NCBI GenBank assembly: GCA_964016885.1
Contig: OZ024741.1
Span: 94,674,001 to 94,738,000 of the forward strand
Length of the DNA: 64,000 nucleotides
Direction: 5' to 3'
Source of the DNA: Eledone cirrhosa
Taxonomy: Eukaryota
Part shown: in pieces, positions 1 through 13,869 of the stretch
How positions within the stretch are numbered: position 1 is the stretch's first letter
How the letters are laid out: the number at the start of each line of letters is the position of its first letter
Made by a program: the position numbers and the translations under genes
The notes under the pieces: generated by a model
What the model saw: the letters and a program-made list of their open reading frames with translations, nothing else
What the model was told of the DNA's origin: nothing
The model's database searches: none

Positions 1-3000
1 ATGACAGTGATGGTGGGGGTGATGGAGGAAGTGGAGGTGGTGATGGCAGTGATGGTGGGGGTGATGGAGGTAGTGATGGTGGTGGTGATGGAGGAAGTGG
101 AGGTGCTGATGGCAGTGATGGTGGGGGTGATGACAGTGATGGTGGTGGTGATGGAGGAAGTGGAGGTGCTGATGGCAGTGATGGTGGGGGTGATGGAGGT
201 AGTGATGGTGATGACAGTGATGGTGGTGGTGATGGAGGAAGTGGAGGTGGTGATGGCAGTGATGGTGGGGGTGATGACAGTGATGGTGGTGGTGATGGAG
301 GAAGTGGAGGTGGTGATGACAGTGATGGTGGGGGTGATGACAGTGATGGTGGTGGTGATGGAGGAAGTGGAGGTGGTGATGGCAGTGATGGTGGGGGTGA
401 TGACAGTGATGGTGGTGGTGATGGAGGAAGTGGAGGTGGTGATGGCAGTGATGGTGGGGGTGATGGAGGTAGTGATGGTGGTGGTGATGGAGGAAGTGGA
501 GGTGGTGATGGCAGTGATGGTGGGGGTGATGGAGGTAGTGATGGTGGTGGTGATGGAGGAAGTGGAGGTGCTGATGGCAGTGATGGTGGGGGTGATGGAG
601 GTAGTGATGGTGGTGGTGATGGAGGAAGTGGAGGTGGTGATGACAGTGATGGTGCTGGTGATGGAGGAAGTGGAGGTGGTGATGGCAGTGATGGTGGGCG
701 TGATGGAGGTAGTGATGGTGGTGGTGATGGAGGAAGTGGAGGTGGTGATGACAGTGATGGTGCTGGTGATGGAGGAAGTGGAGGTGGTGATGGCAGTGAT
801 GGTGGGGGTGATGGAGGTAGTGATGGTGGTGGTGATGGAGGAAGTGGAGGTGGTGATGGCAGTGATGGTGGGGGTGATGGAGGTAGTGATGGTGGTGGTG
901 ATGGAGGAAGTGGAGGTGCTGATGGCAGTGATGGTGGGGGTGATGGAGGTAGTGATGGTGGTGGTGATGGAGGAAGTGGAGGTGGTGATGGCAGTGATGG
1001 TGGGGGTGATGACAGTGATGGTGGGGGTGATGGAGGTAGTGATGGTGATGGTGATGGAGGAAGTGGAGGTGGTGATGGCAGTGATGGTGGGGGTGATGGA
1101 GGTAGTGATGGTGGTGGTGATGGAGGAAGTGGAGATGGTGATGGCAGTGATGGTGGGGGTGATGACAGTGATGGTGGGGGTGATGGAGGTAGTGATGGTG
1201 GTGGTGATGGAGGAAGTGGAGGTGGTGATGGCAGTGATGGTGGGGGTGATGGAGGTAGTGATGGTGGTGGTGATGGAGGAAGTGGAGGTGGTGATGGCAG
1301 TGATGGTGGGGGTGATGGAGGTAGTGATGGAGGAAGTGGAGGTGGTGATGGCAGTGATGGTGGGAGTGATGGAGGAAGTGGAGGTGGTGATGGCAGTGAT
1401 GGTGGGGGTGATGACAGTGATGGTGGGGGTGATGGAGGAAGTGGAGGTGGTGATGGCAGTGATGGTGGGGGTGATGGAGGTAGTGATGGTGGTGGTGATG
1501 GAGGAAGTGGAGGTGCTGATGGCAGTGATGGTGGGGGTGATGGAGGTAGTGATGGTGGTGGTGATGGAGGAAGTGGAGGTGGTGATGGCAGTGATGGTGG
1601 GGGTGATGACAGTGATGGTGGGGGTGATGGAGGTAGTGATGGTGATGGTGATGGAGGAAGTGGAGGTGGTGATGGCAGTGATGGTGGGGGTGATGGAGGT
1701 AGTGATGGTGGTGGTGATGGAGGAAGTGGAGATGGTGATGGCAGTGATGGTGGGGGTGATGACAGTGATGGTGGGGGTGATGGAGGTAGTGATGGTGGTG
1801 GTGATGGAGGAAGTGGAGGTGGTGATGGCAGTGATGGTGGGGGTGATGGAGGTAGTGATGGTGGTGGTGATGGAGGAAGTGGAGGTGGTGATGGCAGTGA
1901 TGGTGGGGGTGATGACAGTGATGGTGGGGGTGATGGAGGAAGTGGAGGTGGTGATGGCAGTGATGGTGGGGGTGATGGAGGTAGTGATGGTGGTGGTGAT
2001 GGAGGAAGTGGAGGTGGTGATGGCAGTGATGGTGGGGGTGATGGAGGTAGTGATGGTGGTGGTGATGGAGGAATTGGAGGTGGTGATGGCAGTGATGGTG
2101 GGGGTGATGGAGGTAGTGATGGAGGAAGTGGAGGTGGTGATGGCAGTGATGGTGGGGGTGATGGAGGTAGTGATGGTGGTGGTGATGGAGGAAGTGGAGG
2201 TGGTGATGGCAGTGATGGTGGGGGTGATGGAGGTAGTGATGGAGGAAGTGGAGGTGGTGATGGCAGTGATGGTGGGGGTGATGGAGGAAGTGGAGGTGGT
2301 GATGGCAGTGATGGTGGGGGAGATGACAGTGATGGTGGTGGTGATGGAGGAAGTGGAGGTGCTGATGGCAGTGATGGTGGGGGTGATGGAGGTAGTGATG
2401 GTGATGGTGATGGAGGTGCTGATGGCAGTGATGGTGGGGGTGATGACAGTGATAGTGGTTGTGATGGGGGAAGTGGAGGTGGTGATGGCAGTGATGGTGG
2501 GGGTGATGGAGGTAGTGATGGTGGTGGTGATGGAGGAAGTGGAGGTGGTGATGGCAGTGATGGTGGGGGTGATGACAGTGATGGTGCTGGTGATGGAGGA
2601 AGTGGAGGTGGTGATGGCAGTGATGGTGGGGGTGATGACAGTGATGGTGGTGGTGGTGATGGAGGAAGTGGAGGTGGTGATGGCAGTGATGGTGGGGGTG
2701 ATGACAGTGATGGTGGTGGTGATGGAGGAAGTGGAGGTGGTGATGGCAGTGATGGTGGGGGTGATGACAGTGATGGTGGTGGTGATGGAGGAAGTGGAGG
2801 TGGTGATGGCAGTGATGGTTGGGGTGATGACAGTGATGGTGGTGGTGATGGAGGAAGTGGAGGTGGTGATGGCAGTGATGGTGGGGGTGATGACAGTGAT
2901 GGTGCTGGTGATGGAGGAAGTGGAGGTGGTGATGGCAGTGATGGTGGGGGTGATGGAGGTAGTGATGGTTATGGAGGAAGTGGAGGTGGTGATGGCAGTG

Positions 3001-6000
3001 ATGGTGGGGATGATGACAGTGATGGTGGGGGTGATGGAGGTAGTGATGGTGGTGGTGATGGAGGAAGTGGAGGTGGTGATGGCAGTGATGGTGGGGGTGA
3101 TGGAGGTAGTGATGGAGGAAGTGGAGGTGGTGATGGCAGTGATGGTGGGGGTGATGGAGGTAGTGATGGTGGTGGTGATGGAGGAAGTGGAGGTGGTGAT
3201 GGCAGTGATGGTGGGGGTGATGGAGGTAGTGATGGAGGAAGTGGAGGTGGTGATGGCAGTGATGGTGGGGGTGATGGAGGAAGTGGAGGTGGTGATGGCA
3301 GTGATGGTGGGGGAGATGACAGTGATGGTGGTGGTGATGGAGGAAGTGGAGGTGCTGATGGCAGTGATGGTGGGGGTGATGGAGGTAGTGATGGTGATGG
3401 TGATGGAGGTGCTGATGGCAGTGATGGTGGGGGTGATGACAGTGATAGTGGTTGTGATGGGGGAAGTGGAGGTGGTGATGGCAGTGATGGTGGGGGTGAT
3501 GGAGGTAGTGATGGTGGTGGTGATGGAGGAAGTGGAGGTGGTGATGGCAGTGATGGTGGGGGTGATGACAGTGATGGTGCTGGTGATGGAGGAAGTGGAG
3601 GTGGTGATGGCAGTGATGGTGGGGGTGATGACAGTGATGGTGGTGGTGGTGATGGAGGAAGTGGAGGTGGTGATGGCAGTGATGGTGGGGGTGATGACAG
3701 TGATGGTGGTGGTGATGGAGGAAGTGGAGGTGGTGATGGCAGTGATGGTGGGGGTGATGACAGTGATGGTGGTGGTGATGGAGGAAGTGGAGGTGGTGAT
3801 GGCAGTGATGGTTGGGGTGATGACAGTGATGGTGGTGGTGATGGAGGAAGTGGAGGTGGTGATGGCAGTGATGGTGGGGGTGATGACAGTGATGGTGCTG
3901 GTGATGGAGGAAGTGGAGGTGGTGATGGCAGTGATGGTGGGGGTGATGGAGGTAGTGATGGTGATGGAGGAAGTGGAGGTGGTGATGGCAGTGATGGTGG
4001 GGATGATGACAGTGATGGTGGGGGTGATGGAGGTAGTGATGGTGGTGGTGATGGAGGAAGTGGAGGTGGTGATGGCAGTGATGGTGGGGGTGATGACAGT
4101 GATGGTGCTGGTGATGGAGGACGTGATGGTGGTGATGGCAGTGATGGTGGGGGTGATGGACGTAGTGATGGTGGTGGTGATGGAGGAAGTGGAGGTGGTG
4201 ATGGCAGTGATGCTGGGGGTGATGGAGGTAGTGATGGTGGTGGTGATGGAGGAAGTGGAGGTGGTGATGGCAGTGATGGTGGGGTTGATGGAGGTAGTGA
4301 TGGTGGTGGTGATGGAGGAAGTGGAGGTGGTGATGGCAGTGATGGTGGGGGTGATGGAGGTAGTGATGGTGGTGGTGATGGAGGAAGTGGAGGTGGTGAT
4401 GGCAGTGATGGTGGGGGTGATGACAGTGATGGTGCTGGTGATGGAGGAAGTGGAGGTGGTGATGGCAGTGATGATGGGGGTGATGGAGGTAGTGATGGTG
4501 GTGGTGATGGAGGAAGTGATGGTGGTGGTGATGGAGGAAGTGGAGGTGGTAATGGCAGTGATGGTGGGGGTGATGACAGTGATGGTGGTGGTGATGGAGG
4601 AAGTGGAGGTGGTGATGGCAGTGATGGTGGGGGTGATGACAGTGATGGTGCTGGTGATGGAGGAAGTGGAGGTGGTGATGGCAGTGATGGTGGGGGTGAT
4701 GGAGGTAGTGATGGTGGTGGTGATGGAGGAAGTGGAGGTGGTGATGGCAGTGATGGTGGGGGTGATGACAGTGATGGTGCTGGTGATGGAGGAAGTGGAG
4801 GTGGTGATGGCAGTGATGATGGGGGTGATGGAGGTAGTGATGGTGGTGGTGATGGAGGAAGTGATGGTGGTGGTGATGGAGGAAGTGGAGGTGGTGATGG
4901 CAGTGATGGTGGGGGTGATGGAGGTAGTGATGGTGGTGGTGATGGAGGAAGTGGAGGTGGTGATGGCAGTGATGGTGGGGGTGATGACAGTGATGGTGGT
5001 GGTGATGGAGGAAGTGGAGGTGGTGATGGCAGTGATGGTGGGGGTGATGGAGGTAGTGATGGTGGTGGTGATGGAGGAAGTGGAGGTGGTGATGGCAGTG
5101 ATGGTGGGGGTGATGACAGTGATGGTGGTGGTGATGGAGGAAGTGGAGGTGGTGATGGCAGTGATGGTGGGGGTGTTGGAGGTAGTGATGGAGGAAGTGG
5201 AGGTGGTGATGGCAGTGATGGTGGGGGTGTTGGAGGTAGTGATGGAGGAAGTGGAGGTGGTGATGGCAGTGATGGTGGGGGTGATGGAGGTAGTGATGGT
5301 GGTGGTGATGGAGGAAGTGGAGGTGGTGATGGCAGTGATGGTGGGGGTGATGACAGTGATGGTGGTGGTGATGGAGGAAGTGGAGGTGGTGATGGCAGTG
5401 ATGGTGGGGGTGATGACAGTGATGGTGGTGGTGATGGAGGAAGTGGAGGTGGTGATGACAGTGATGGTGGTGGTGATGGAGGAAGTGGAGGTGGTGATGG
5501 CAGTGATGGTGGGGGTGATGGACGTAATGATGGTGGTGGTGATGGAGGAAGTGGAGGTGGTGATGGCAGTGATGGTGGGGGTGATGACAGTGATGGTGGT
5601 GGTGATGGAGGAAGTGGAGGTGGTGATGGCAGTGATGGTGGGGGTGATGGAGGTAGTGATGGTGGTGGTGATGGAGGAAGTGGAGGTGGTGATGGCAGTG
5701 ATGGTGGGGGTGATGGAGGTAGTGATGGTGGTGGTGATGGAGGAAGTGGAGATGGTGATGACAGTGATGATGGTGGTGATGGAGGAAGTGGAGGTGGTGA
5801 TGGCAGTGATGGTGGGGGTGATGGAGGAAGTGGAGGTGGTGATGGCAGTGATGGTGGGGTGATGACAGTGATGGTGGGGGTGATGGAGGAAGTGGAGGTG
5901 GTGATGGCAGTGATGGTGCTGGTGATGGAGGAAGTGGAGGTGGTGATGGCAGTGATGGTGGGGGTGATGGCAGTGATGGTGGGGGTGATGACAGTGATGA

Positions 6001-7300
6001 TGGTGGTGAATGAGGAAGTGGAGGTGGTGATGGCAGTGATGGTGGGGGTGATGGCAGTGATGGTGGGGGTGATGGAGGAAGTGGAGGTGGTGATGGCAGT
6101 GATGGTGGGGTGATGACAGTGATGGTGCTGGTGATGGAGGAAGTGGAGGTGGTGATGGCAGTGATGGTGGGGGTGATGACAGTGATGGTGCTGGTGATGG
6201 AGGAAGTGGAGGTGGTGATGGCAGTGATGGTGGGGGTGATGACAGTGATGGTGGTGGTGATGGAGGAAGTGGAGGTGGTGATGGCAGTGATGGTGGGGTG
6301 ATGGAGGTAGTGATGGTGGTGGTGATGGAGGAAGTGGAGGTGGTGATGGCAGTGATGGTAGCATGTATTGTTGAAGGTGGTGATGGTAGTGATGGTGGGG
6401 GTAGTGGATGTGGTGGTGACAGTGGTAGTGGTGGTGATGACAGTGATGGTATGGTGATGGAGGTAGTGGAGGTGGTGATGGCAGTGATGGTGGGGGTAGT
6501 GGATGTGGTGATGACAGTGATGGTGGGGGTAGTGGATGTGGTGATGACAGTGGTAGTGGTGGTGGTGATGATGACATTGATGGTATGGTGATGGAGGTAG
6601 TGGAGGTGGTGATGATGATGACTGTGATGGTATGGTGATGGAGGTAGTGGAGGTGGTGATAGCAGTGATAGTGGTGGTGGTGGTGGTGGTGGTGATGTTG
6701 GTGGAGGTAGTGGCTGTGGAGATGACAGTGATGGTGGAGGAAGTGGAGGTGGTGATGACAGTGGTGGTGGGGGTCATGACAGTGATGGTGGTGGTGATGG
6801 AGAAAGTGGAGGTGGTGATGACAATGGTGGTGGGGTGATGACAGTGATGGTGCTGGTGATGGAGGAAGTGGAGGTGATGATGACAGTGGTGGTAGCATGT
6901 ATTGTTGAAGGTGGTGCTGGTGATGGTTTTGAGGTTTGTGGAGGTGCTGGTGCTGGTAGTGGTTGTGGTGGTGGTGGTGATGTTTGTGGAGGTATATGTG
7001 GTGATGCTGGCGCTAGTGGTTTTGATGTTGGTGGTGATATATGTGGTGGTGGTAGTGGTGAAGGTTTTGTTGTTGGTACAGATGGTGATGGTGGTGGTGG
7101 TAGTGATGGTTTTGTTGTTAATAGAGATATATATGATGGTGGTGATGGTGGTAGTGATGGTTTTATGTGGTGGTGATGATGGTTTTGTTAGTGGTGGAGG
7201 TATATATAGGTAGTTCTGATGCTGATGCTGATGGTTTTGCTGTTGGTAGAGATATTTGTGATACTGCTGGTGATGGTGGAGAAATAGATGTTGACGGTAC
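1..7300. repeat. GTG/ATG/GAG triplet-based compound minisatellite (42-bp core ATGGAGGAAGTGGAGGTGGTGATGGCAGTGATGGTGGGGGTG plus variable modules), degenerating after about 6350; runs off the left edge
   Basis: Seen directly: tandem modules whose lengths are multiples of 3. The long M/V/E-rich (+) and Pro-rich (-) ORFs are by-products of the repeat. Confidence 0.95.
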
Positions 7301-7867
7301 TGTTTTAGTTGGTATTTTCTTATTGTTGCTTGTTTTTGTTTAACCCTTGGTAAACTATGAATAACCAAATCTAGTCCAACTGTGACCATCATGTCCTTTC
7401 CTACATTTAGCCCTCCAATGTCCAATGTGTCCTTTTTTAAAAAGGAAAGGTATGATCTGAATAGATCTGGTTGCTATGGTAATATTTCCATTGTTGATGG
7501 TAATGGTGATGTTGTTGTTGGTGGTAGTGGTGGTATTCGTCATTGTGGTGAGGGTGGTGGTAGTGATGGTATGATACAGTGGGAGGTGGAGAAAGTCAGA
7601 GACTATAAATAGTGTGTGTGGGGGTGGGTAGCAGTTACAGAAATAAGGTAACAGAGAAGGGGGACAAAGTAAGGAGAAAAAAATAATGAAAGTAGGGGAT
7701 GAGATAGATAAAGTGAGGGGGGGGGGGGTGAGAAGGGAGACATACTGAAAAGATGGCAGAGAGAAGGAGAAAGCTGGAGAGAGTGAAGAGAAGTAGTAAA
7801 ACAGTGATGAGAATGAAAGAGTAAGAAAGAGAGAGAGTGAGAGAAAGAGAACTATGAGGGGAGAAGG

Positions 7868-9095
7868 GTGTGATGTAATGTGATGTAGAATGGTGTGGTG
7901 TGGTGTCATGTGATGTGGTGTGGTGTAATGTGGTGTGTGGTGTGATGTGGTGTGTGGTGTGATGTGTTGTGGTGTGGTGCAATGTGTAATGTGGTGTAGT
8001 GTAGTATGGTGTAATGTGGTGTAGTGTGATGTGATGTGATGTAGTGTGGTGTGGTATTGTGTGGTGTGGTGTGGTATCGTGTGGTGTGGTGTGGTGTAGT
8101 GTGATGTGGTGTAATGTGGTGTGGTGTGGTGTGGTGTAGTGTGATGTGGTGTGGTGTAATGTGGTGTGGTGTAGTGTAGTGTGATGTGGTATAGTGTGAT
8201 GTGGTGTCTGGTGTGATTTAATGTGATGTGGTGCAATGTGTAATGTGGTGTAGTGTAGTATGGTGTAGTGTGATGTGGTGTGGTGTAGTGTGGTGTAGTG
8301 TGATGTGGTGTAGTGTAATGTGGTGTAGTGTGATGTGGTGTAGTGTGAGTAGTGTAGTGTGATGTGGTGTAGTGTAGTGTGGTGTAGTGTGATGTGGTGT
8401 CGTGTAATGCGGTGTAGTGTAATATGGTGTAATGTGGTGTGATGTAATGTGGTGTAGTGTAATGTGGTGTGGTATGGTGAAATATGACGTAATGTGGTGT
8501 GTTGTAATGTAATACAGTGTAATGTAATGTATGCGATGTGGTGTGGTGTAATAGGATGATGTGGGGTGCTGTGCAACGTTGTGCAATGTGGAGTAATGTG
8601 ATATAATGTGGTGTCATGTGATATAATGTAGTGTCATGAATGTGATATCATGTAGTGGTGTTGTGTGGTATGATGTGATGTGATGTAATGTAATATGGTT
8701 TGATGTAGTGTGGTGTAATGAAATGTAATGATGTATAGTGTGATATGATGTGATGCAGTGTAGTGTAATGTGATATGTGTGTGGTGTAATGAAATATGAT
8801 GTAATGCAGTATGGTGTGATGTGATGCAGTGTGGTGTAATGTAATGAGGTGTAATATAATGTTGCATCATGTGTTGTGATATGATATAATGTGGTGTAAT
8901 GTGATGTAGTGTAACACATTGCATGTAATGTGGTGTTGTATTTTGTGATGCAATGTTGCGTAATGTAGCATGGTGTAATGTGATGTGTTTTGGTGTGATG
9001 TGATGCCATATGATGTGATGTAATGTAACTGATGTAATGTGATGTCCTATGGTGTGGGGTTATGTGATGTTGCATAGTGTGATGTAATGTGATAT
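7868..9095. repeat. Pentamer-type satellite (GTGTG/GTGTA/ATGTG/ATGTA variants)
   Basis: Seen directly; produces the spurious H/T/Y-rich ORFs on the minus strand. Confidence 0.9.
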
Positions 9096-10218
9096 GAACA
9101 TACATGTATGTATGTGTAAGTTTCTGAGTGCATGTGTGTGTATGTGTGAGTGGGTGCATGTCTTGTTTATTCTTGAAATATTTTTTCTGCATCTTAGAAC
9201 ATTTTACCCATGAATTACTCCCAGTTCCCTTCCTCTTCCAACACCTTCCCTGGATTGTATTCCCGTTCACGATCCCACACATGCAACTTCATCACCAACA
9301 CCATAACTCTCACTGGTCCCACCCAACACCTCAGTTTTCAGCCTTGTTGCTTGCCCCACATGCCTCAGAAGAGAACAGTAACTTATTTTTCTCTCCAAAC
9401 TTATACTAGAAACAGCCTAAATGCCCGCTCTTCTTTAGTCTGCTCTTTCCCAGCACTCACCTCCCATCCACTCTCACACCCACACATGTGCACTACCATT
9501 TACACCAACACACTCACTCACACACACACATACATAGACACACTAACACACATAGATATGAGAAAACACACATGCACCAACACAACTAATTATTTACACC
9601 AATTCGATCATAGATACACATTTAATTTTACAAATGCTACTAATTAACTAGTCAATCATAATAACAGACCACTCCCACACCAACACACATACACTACTGC
9701 CAGCACCCACCAACACACCCATCTACACATGTGCATAGACACACAACATGGCCATAGATAAATAAACACATTTAATTTTACTAACGCTACTAATTAACTA
9801 ACTAATCATACTAATACAACTATACTACACAGCTACTGATTGCACCAAATCGATAGCACAACCATCCTGCATAAGACAGATGTGATTTCGAATCCCACAG
9901 GTGATGCTGTCAACTTTTTTCTGTCCAATTTGGTAGACTATTTTTCATAATCGAAAAGAATGTGCATTGAAGCTTCTAACTCTAGGTTAATTTTCAATAA
10001 ATATATATCAATGTTTCTAAAACTAGATCACTGTTTACATTCTGGTTGATTGATAAGACTTCAAAATAGCAGAAAATTTCATCAGCCTCACTTTGGTGTA
10101 ATTGGTAGCACAGCAGTCTTTCTATGCTGGCATGGTTGGATAGGGAAGGAGGAATCAGGGATATGAATGGTAGCATCATTATCATCATACATCAGACCTG
10201 TAAACTGAAATGACTCAC

Positions 10219-10382
10219 CCCATTTTACATGTGAGGATTATATCTTTCCAGCCATCATTGTTGAAGTCTCCAACAACAAGTGGAGCAGTGGGGTAGCAGG
10301 GTGTGGAATGAGATGCCAGGATGGTACCTTCCTTGAGGTCGAGTAACGTGAGCCGTTGCCACCCAGCAAACACTAGGGCATC
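10219..10382 (-). CDS. NERD1-like gene coding exon 8 (DALVFAGW...PTAPLVVGDFNNDGWKDIILTCKMG; FG-GAP-like Ca-binding motif)
   Basis: Acceptor ttttgcAG, donor GG|GTGAGT; 164 nt, phase 0->2. No in-phase final exon found between 9100 and 10218. Confidence 0.9.
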
Positions 10383-11232
10383 CTGCAAAACAAATCAAAC
10401 AAAATTGAAGAACAATTTAGGAAAAAAGCCCTGCATTTTAGAATTGGTTACTCAACTGCAATCAACCATCATCATTTCATCATCACCATCATTTTTCCGT
10501 CCTTTTTTTTCCAAGCTGGTATGGGTTGAATGAAACAATTTTTAAACAAAATTCTACGGCTAGATGCCCTTCCTAACACTAATCCTTGCCCATTTTTTTT
10601 TCTTTTTAAGCAAGGTACAGATCTTCATACACCTAACCATTTTTGTTAGCAAATGAAATGCAAAGTTAACAATGATTATTTCAAAGTACATCATCATCAT
10701 CATCCTAATTCTCATCATCAGAAACATTGTCTTAAGGACATCACTATGTAATGTGTATATAATTATCAACAACCTCATCATCTTCCTCATCATCATCTTC
10801 CTCATCACCATCTTCCACATTATCTTCCTCATCATCATCTTCCTCATCACCATCTTCCACATTATCTTCCACATTATCATCTTCCACATTATCATCTTCC
10901 ACATTATATAAAAACAGTTACAATATATATTGAAGTGAACCTGTTCTTCAAGGTTAAACAGGGTCCACAATGTGGCATTTATATATCTTTAACAGAATCC
11001 ATCTGTTGCAAACAATTGGACCAAGTCCCTAATTTGATATCTTAATGGGGTGCTTCCTAATGTAGCAACCCATTAGTCATGATTTCGTCCCTCCCGTCCC
11101 TCTCCTCACTGATATCACTGACCCTGCAAAAGGCCATGGGTACTACCCTTCCTCTCCTGTTAAAAAATGTTAGTCTGCCCCAAGATCAGAAACTCATTAA
11201 GCCAGAGCTTATCTCAATTTCATTAGCATTAA

Positions 11233-11444
11233 CCCTTTTGTGACCATATTTCTAATGAAATACACTCTATTTCAATTAACTAATGAAGACTTTTCATCCA
11301 TTTACTAAAATTATTAATTATTTCATGACTAAGATAGTAACTTAATACATGGTTCTCATATAAAATTATGTTGAAATCCTATAAAATGGGTGTTTTTCTT
11401 TCATAGAACCAGAACTGCTTTTGATCAGGTTGGTATCAAAGGGG
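11233..11444. mobile_element. Short non-autonomous TTAA-target element (piggyBac-type MITE, family A)
   Basis: TTAA-CCCTTTTG ... CAAAGGGG-TTAA termini; a related, interrupted copy lies at about 34900-35262. Confidence 0.65.
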
Positions 11445-11703
11445 TTAAGCAATTGAAAGTAGAAGACTTCCCCCAGCTGTTGCTGCTGGTATTCAATGTT
11501 TCAACTGACTCATCTAAAACCAATATGAAATGACATGTCTTGCTGAAGTACACAATACACCACTCAGTCTGGGAATGAAACCGATGATTTTATAAACCTA
11601 ACCACTAGGCCTAGCATGGTTTTTTTTTTTTTCCTGACTAAACCTTTAAAAAAGTGTGAAACATAAAATAGCAAAATAGCATATTAGGACAAATATGTAA
11701 TAC

Positions 11704-11844
11704 CTTGGATCCATAGACTTGCAGAGAGAGGGACTGATAATTTGGTAAGAATGACTTAGTATACACCTCCCAGCGACTAGTGTCTATAACTTTATCTTTC
11801 AGTGCAGCCCGGCCTTCTTCAAACCAAAATGATGAAGTCTGCGT
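11704..11844 (-). CDS. NERD1-like gene coding exon 7 (TQTSSFWFEEG...FLPNYQSLSLQVYGSK)
   Basis: Acceptor tgtttacAG, donor AAG|GTATTA; 141 nt, phase 0->0. Confidence 0.85.
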
Positions 11845-12812
11845 CTGTAAACAGTAAGAATTTCATATATATATATATATATGTACTCATAGATAAGTTG
11901 CAGTTCTTTACTCAAAAAAGACAAGCACAAAAACACTTATCTCCCAAGCCTTGCACTAGACTTCAACACACACAGACACACACAGACACACACAAATATA
12001 TATTTACATGCATACATCAACATCATATTATGATCATCATTCTACATCTGCTTTCTATGATGGAATTGGTTAGACAAATCCTCAAAGTTCGAGACTAGGC
12101 ATGCCTGAGAACCACAGTAAAACAATACAACAAAGCTATTCATTTTCTCTCATGTGGAACATCAACACCATCATCATAGTTTTCCACACAGGCATGAGAT
12201 GGTTGAGACATTTTTTAGGCAGTTTTTCTATGTATGGATGCTTTCTCTGACACCAACCCATATACACTACTGACCTCCATTGAGCTGCTAAGCTGTGGGG
12301 GCCTGTTGTTTATGCAGGACATAAACAAACGTCACTGCTTGATTTCAATGGTGTCAATATAAAATCACATGATAACAGATACATATGAATACACATACAG
12401 TATATATATCATCATCACTTTTGATGTTTTTCCATGCTTGCATGGGTGAGACAGGCTGTCCCATTATGAGGCTGGACAGGTCAGGTGACCACATCTTTCT
12501 CATACAATCTGTTTTTGGCTAGGTTTTCTATGACTGGATGCCCTTCATAATGTCAACGACTTTATAGCATGTACTAAGAGCATTTTATAATAAGTTTTCT
12601 CACAGTTTCTGTCAATCAAATTCACTGACAAAGCATTATTCGACCCAAGACAACAGTAGAAGATATTTATTTGCCCATGGTGCCACACTGTGGGATTAAA
12701 CCTGAAACCTGTAAATTTTGTTCATTTTTTCCCCCATGTATGATCATCATGAAAAAAGAAAATAGACATTAATTATAAAAAGACTAATCAATATTACTGT
12801 TTGTTGACCTAC

Positions 12813-12951
12813 CTGCCATTGGTAAACTCCATCAGAAGAGTGGGAAGTTACCCTTCCAGAACTGGATACTGTCACAATATCATAAGTTACTTTACTACTT
12901 GGTAATCTGTGCCCCATCAAATGCTGAAGAATACCAGATTTTTTGGCCACA
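12813..12951 (-). CDS. NERD1-like gene coding exon 6 (VAKKSG...YDIVTVSSSGRVTSHSSDGVYQWQ)
   Basis: Acceptor atttgtAG, donor CAG|GTAGGT; 139 nt, phase 2->0. Confidence 0.88.
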
Positions 12952-13869
12952 CTACAAATATAAATATATGGTCGTAGAAATGAATACAAAAAGGCAGTAA
13001 TTATCATCGCCTCAAATGAAACAAACCCATCTAACCCATGCTAGCATGGAAAGTAGACATTAAACGATGATGATGATCATTATCATCATCATGATTTAAC
13101 CTATACTTTCTCTGCTAACAAGAGATGGATGGGTCATCATAGACCAAGTCTGCACTTAATCAGAGCCACTGACCTCTCAAGCAGGTCAGAGAGGTCCGCT
13201 TCTTATTTACATATGTTCCTGCACTCTACTGAGTGTACCAGCTACATTTTATTGTGGCATCAGCACTAGAGAGGTTGTCATATCATTGACACAACTGAGG
13301 AATTCACCTGACCCTTTGTTTGGCAAGTTTCTTATAGCTGGATGCCTTTCCTATCAACAAACTACTTTACAGAGTGTACTGGGTGCATTCACTGTGTAGG
13401 TCACCAACACCAGCTCATATGATCCATTTTTGGCTTCGTTTTCTTCAGCTGGATGCCCTTCCTAAAGCCACCTTACAAGATAGACTGGGTGCTTTTTGTC
13501 ATGGCCCTAGTGTAGCCACTTTACAGGGTGAACTGTGTGCTTTTTGTCATGACCCCAGTGTAACCACTTTACAGGGTGAACTGAGTGTTTTTTGTCATGT
13601 TCACCAGTATGACTCACTTACAAGGAGCTTTTTGTTGTTGCACCAGGACAACCACCTGACAGTTGGCAGGTTAAACATTGGAATCTTGGTGATGGCCTCC
13701 ATCAACAACAATCAACCAACTGAAGAGTTCAATAAGTTCATTTACTGTGATGAGTTTAGAATCTAACATTTTATGCCTTGCCCTACATCAGAGTGAGAAT
13801 TAGAGAAAAAGTGATGTCATTTAAATTTAAAGGAAGACATCAGTACATTTGTGCATGCAATTGCAATAA

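Noticed and set aside
1-5862. 1953-aa M/V/E-rich ORF (+)
   Set aside because: A stop-free frame of a triplet satellite with no domain, an implausible composition and no defined start context.
2969-6898. 1309-aa extensin-like Pro-rich ORF (-)
   Set aside because: Complement of the same satellite. It drifts between frames, and its stop comes from a point variant absent in the duplicated block.
7355-9282. His/Thr/Tyr-rich ORFs (-)
   Set aside because: Translations of a pentamer satellite, open in several frames at once.
10140-10218. Possible terminal exon after a 21-nt intron (GTGAGT...TTTACAG)
   Set aside because: The intron would be too short, and the in-phase reading stops within four codons without the expected TM segment.
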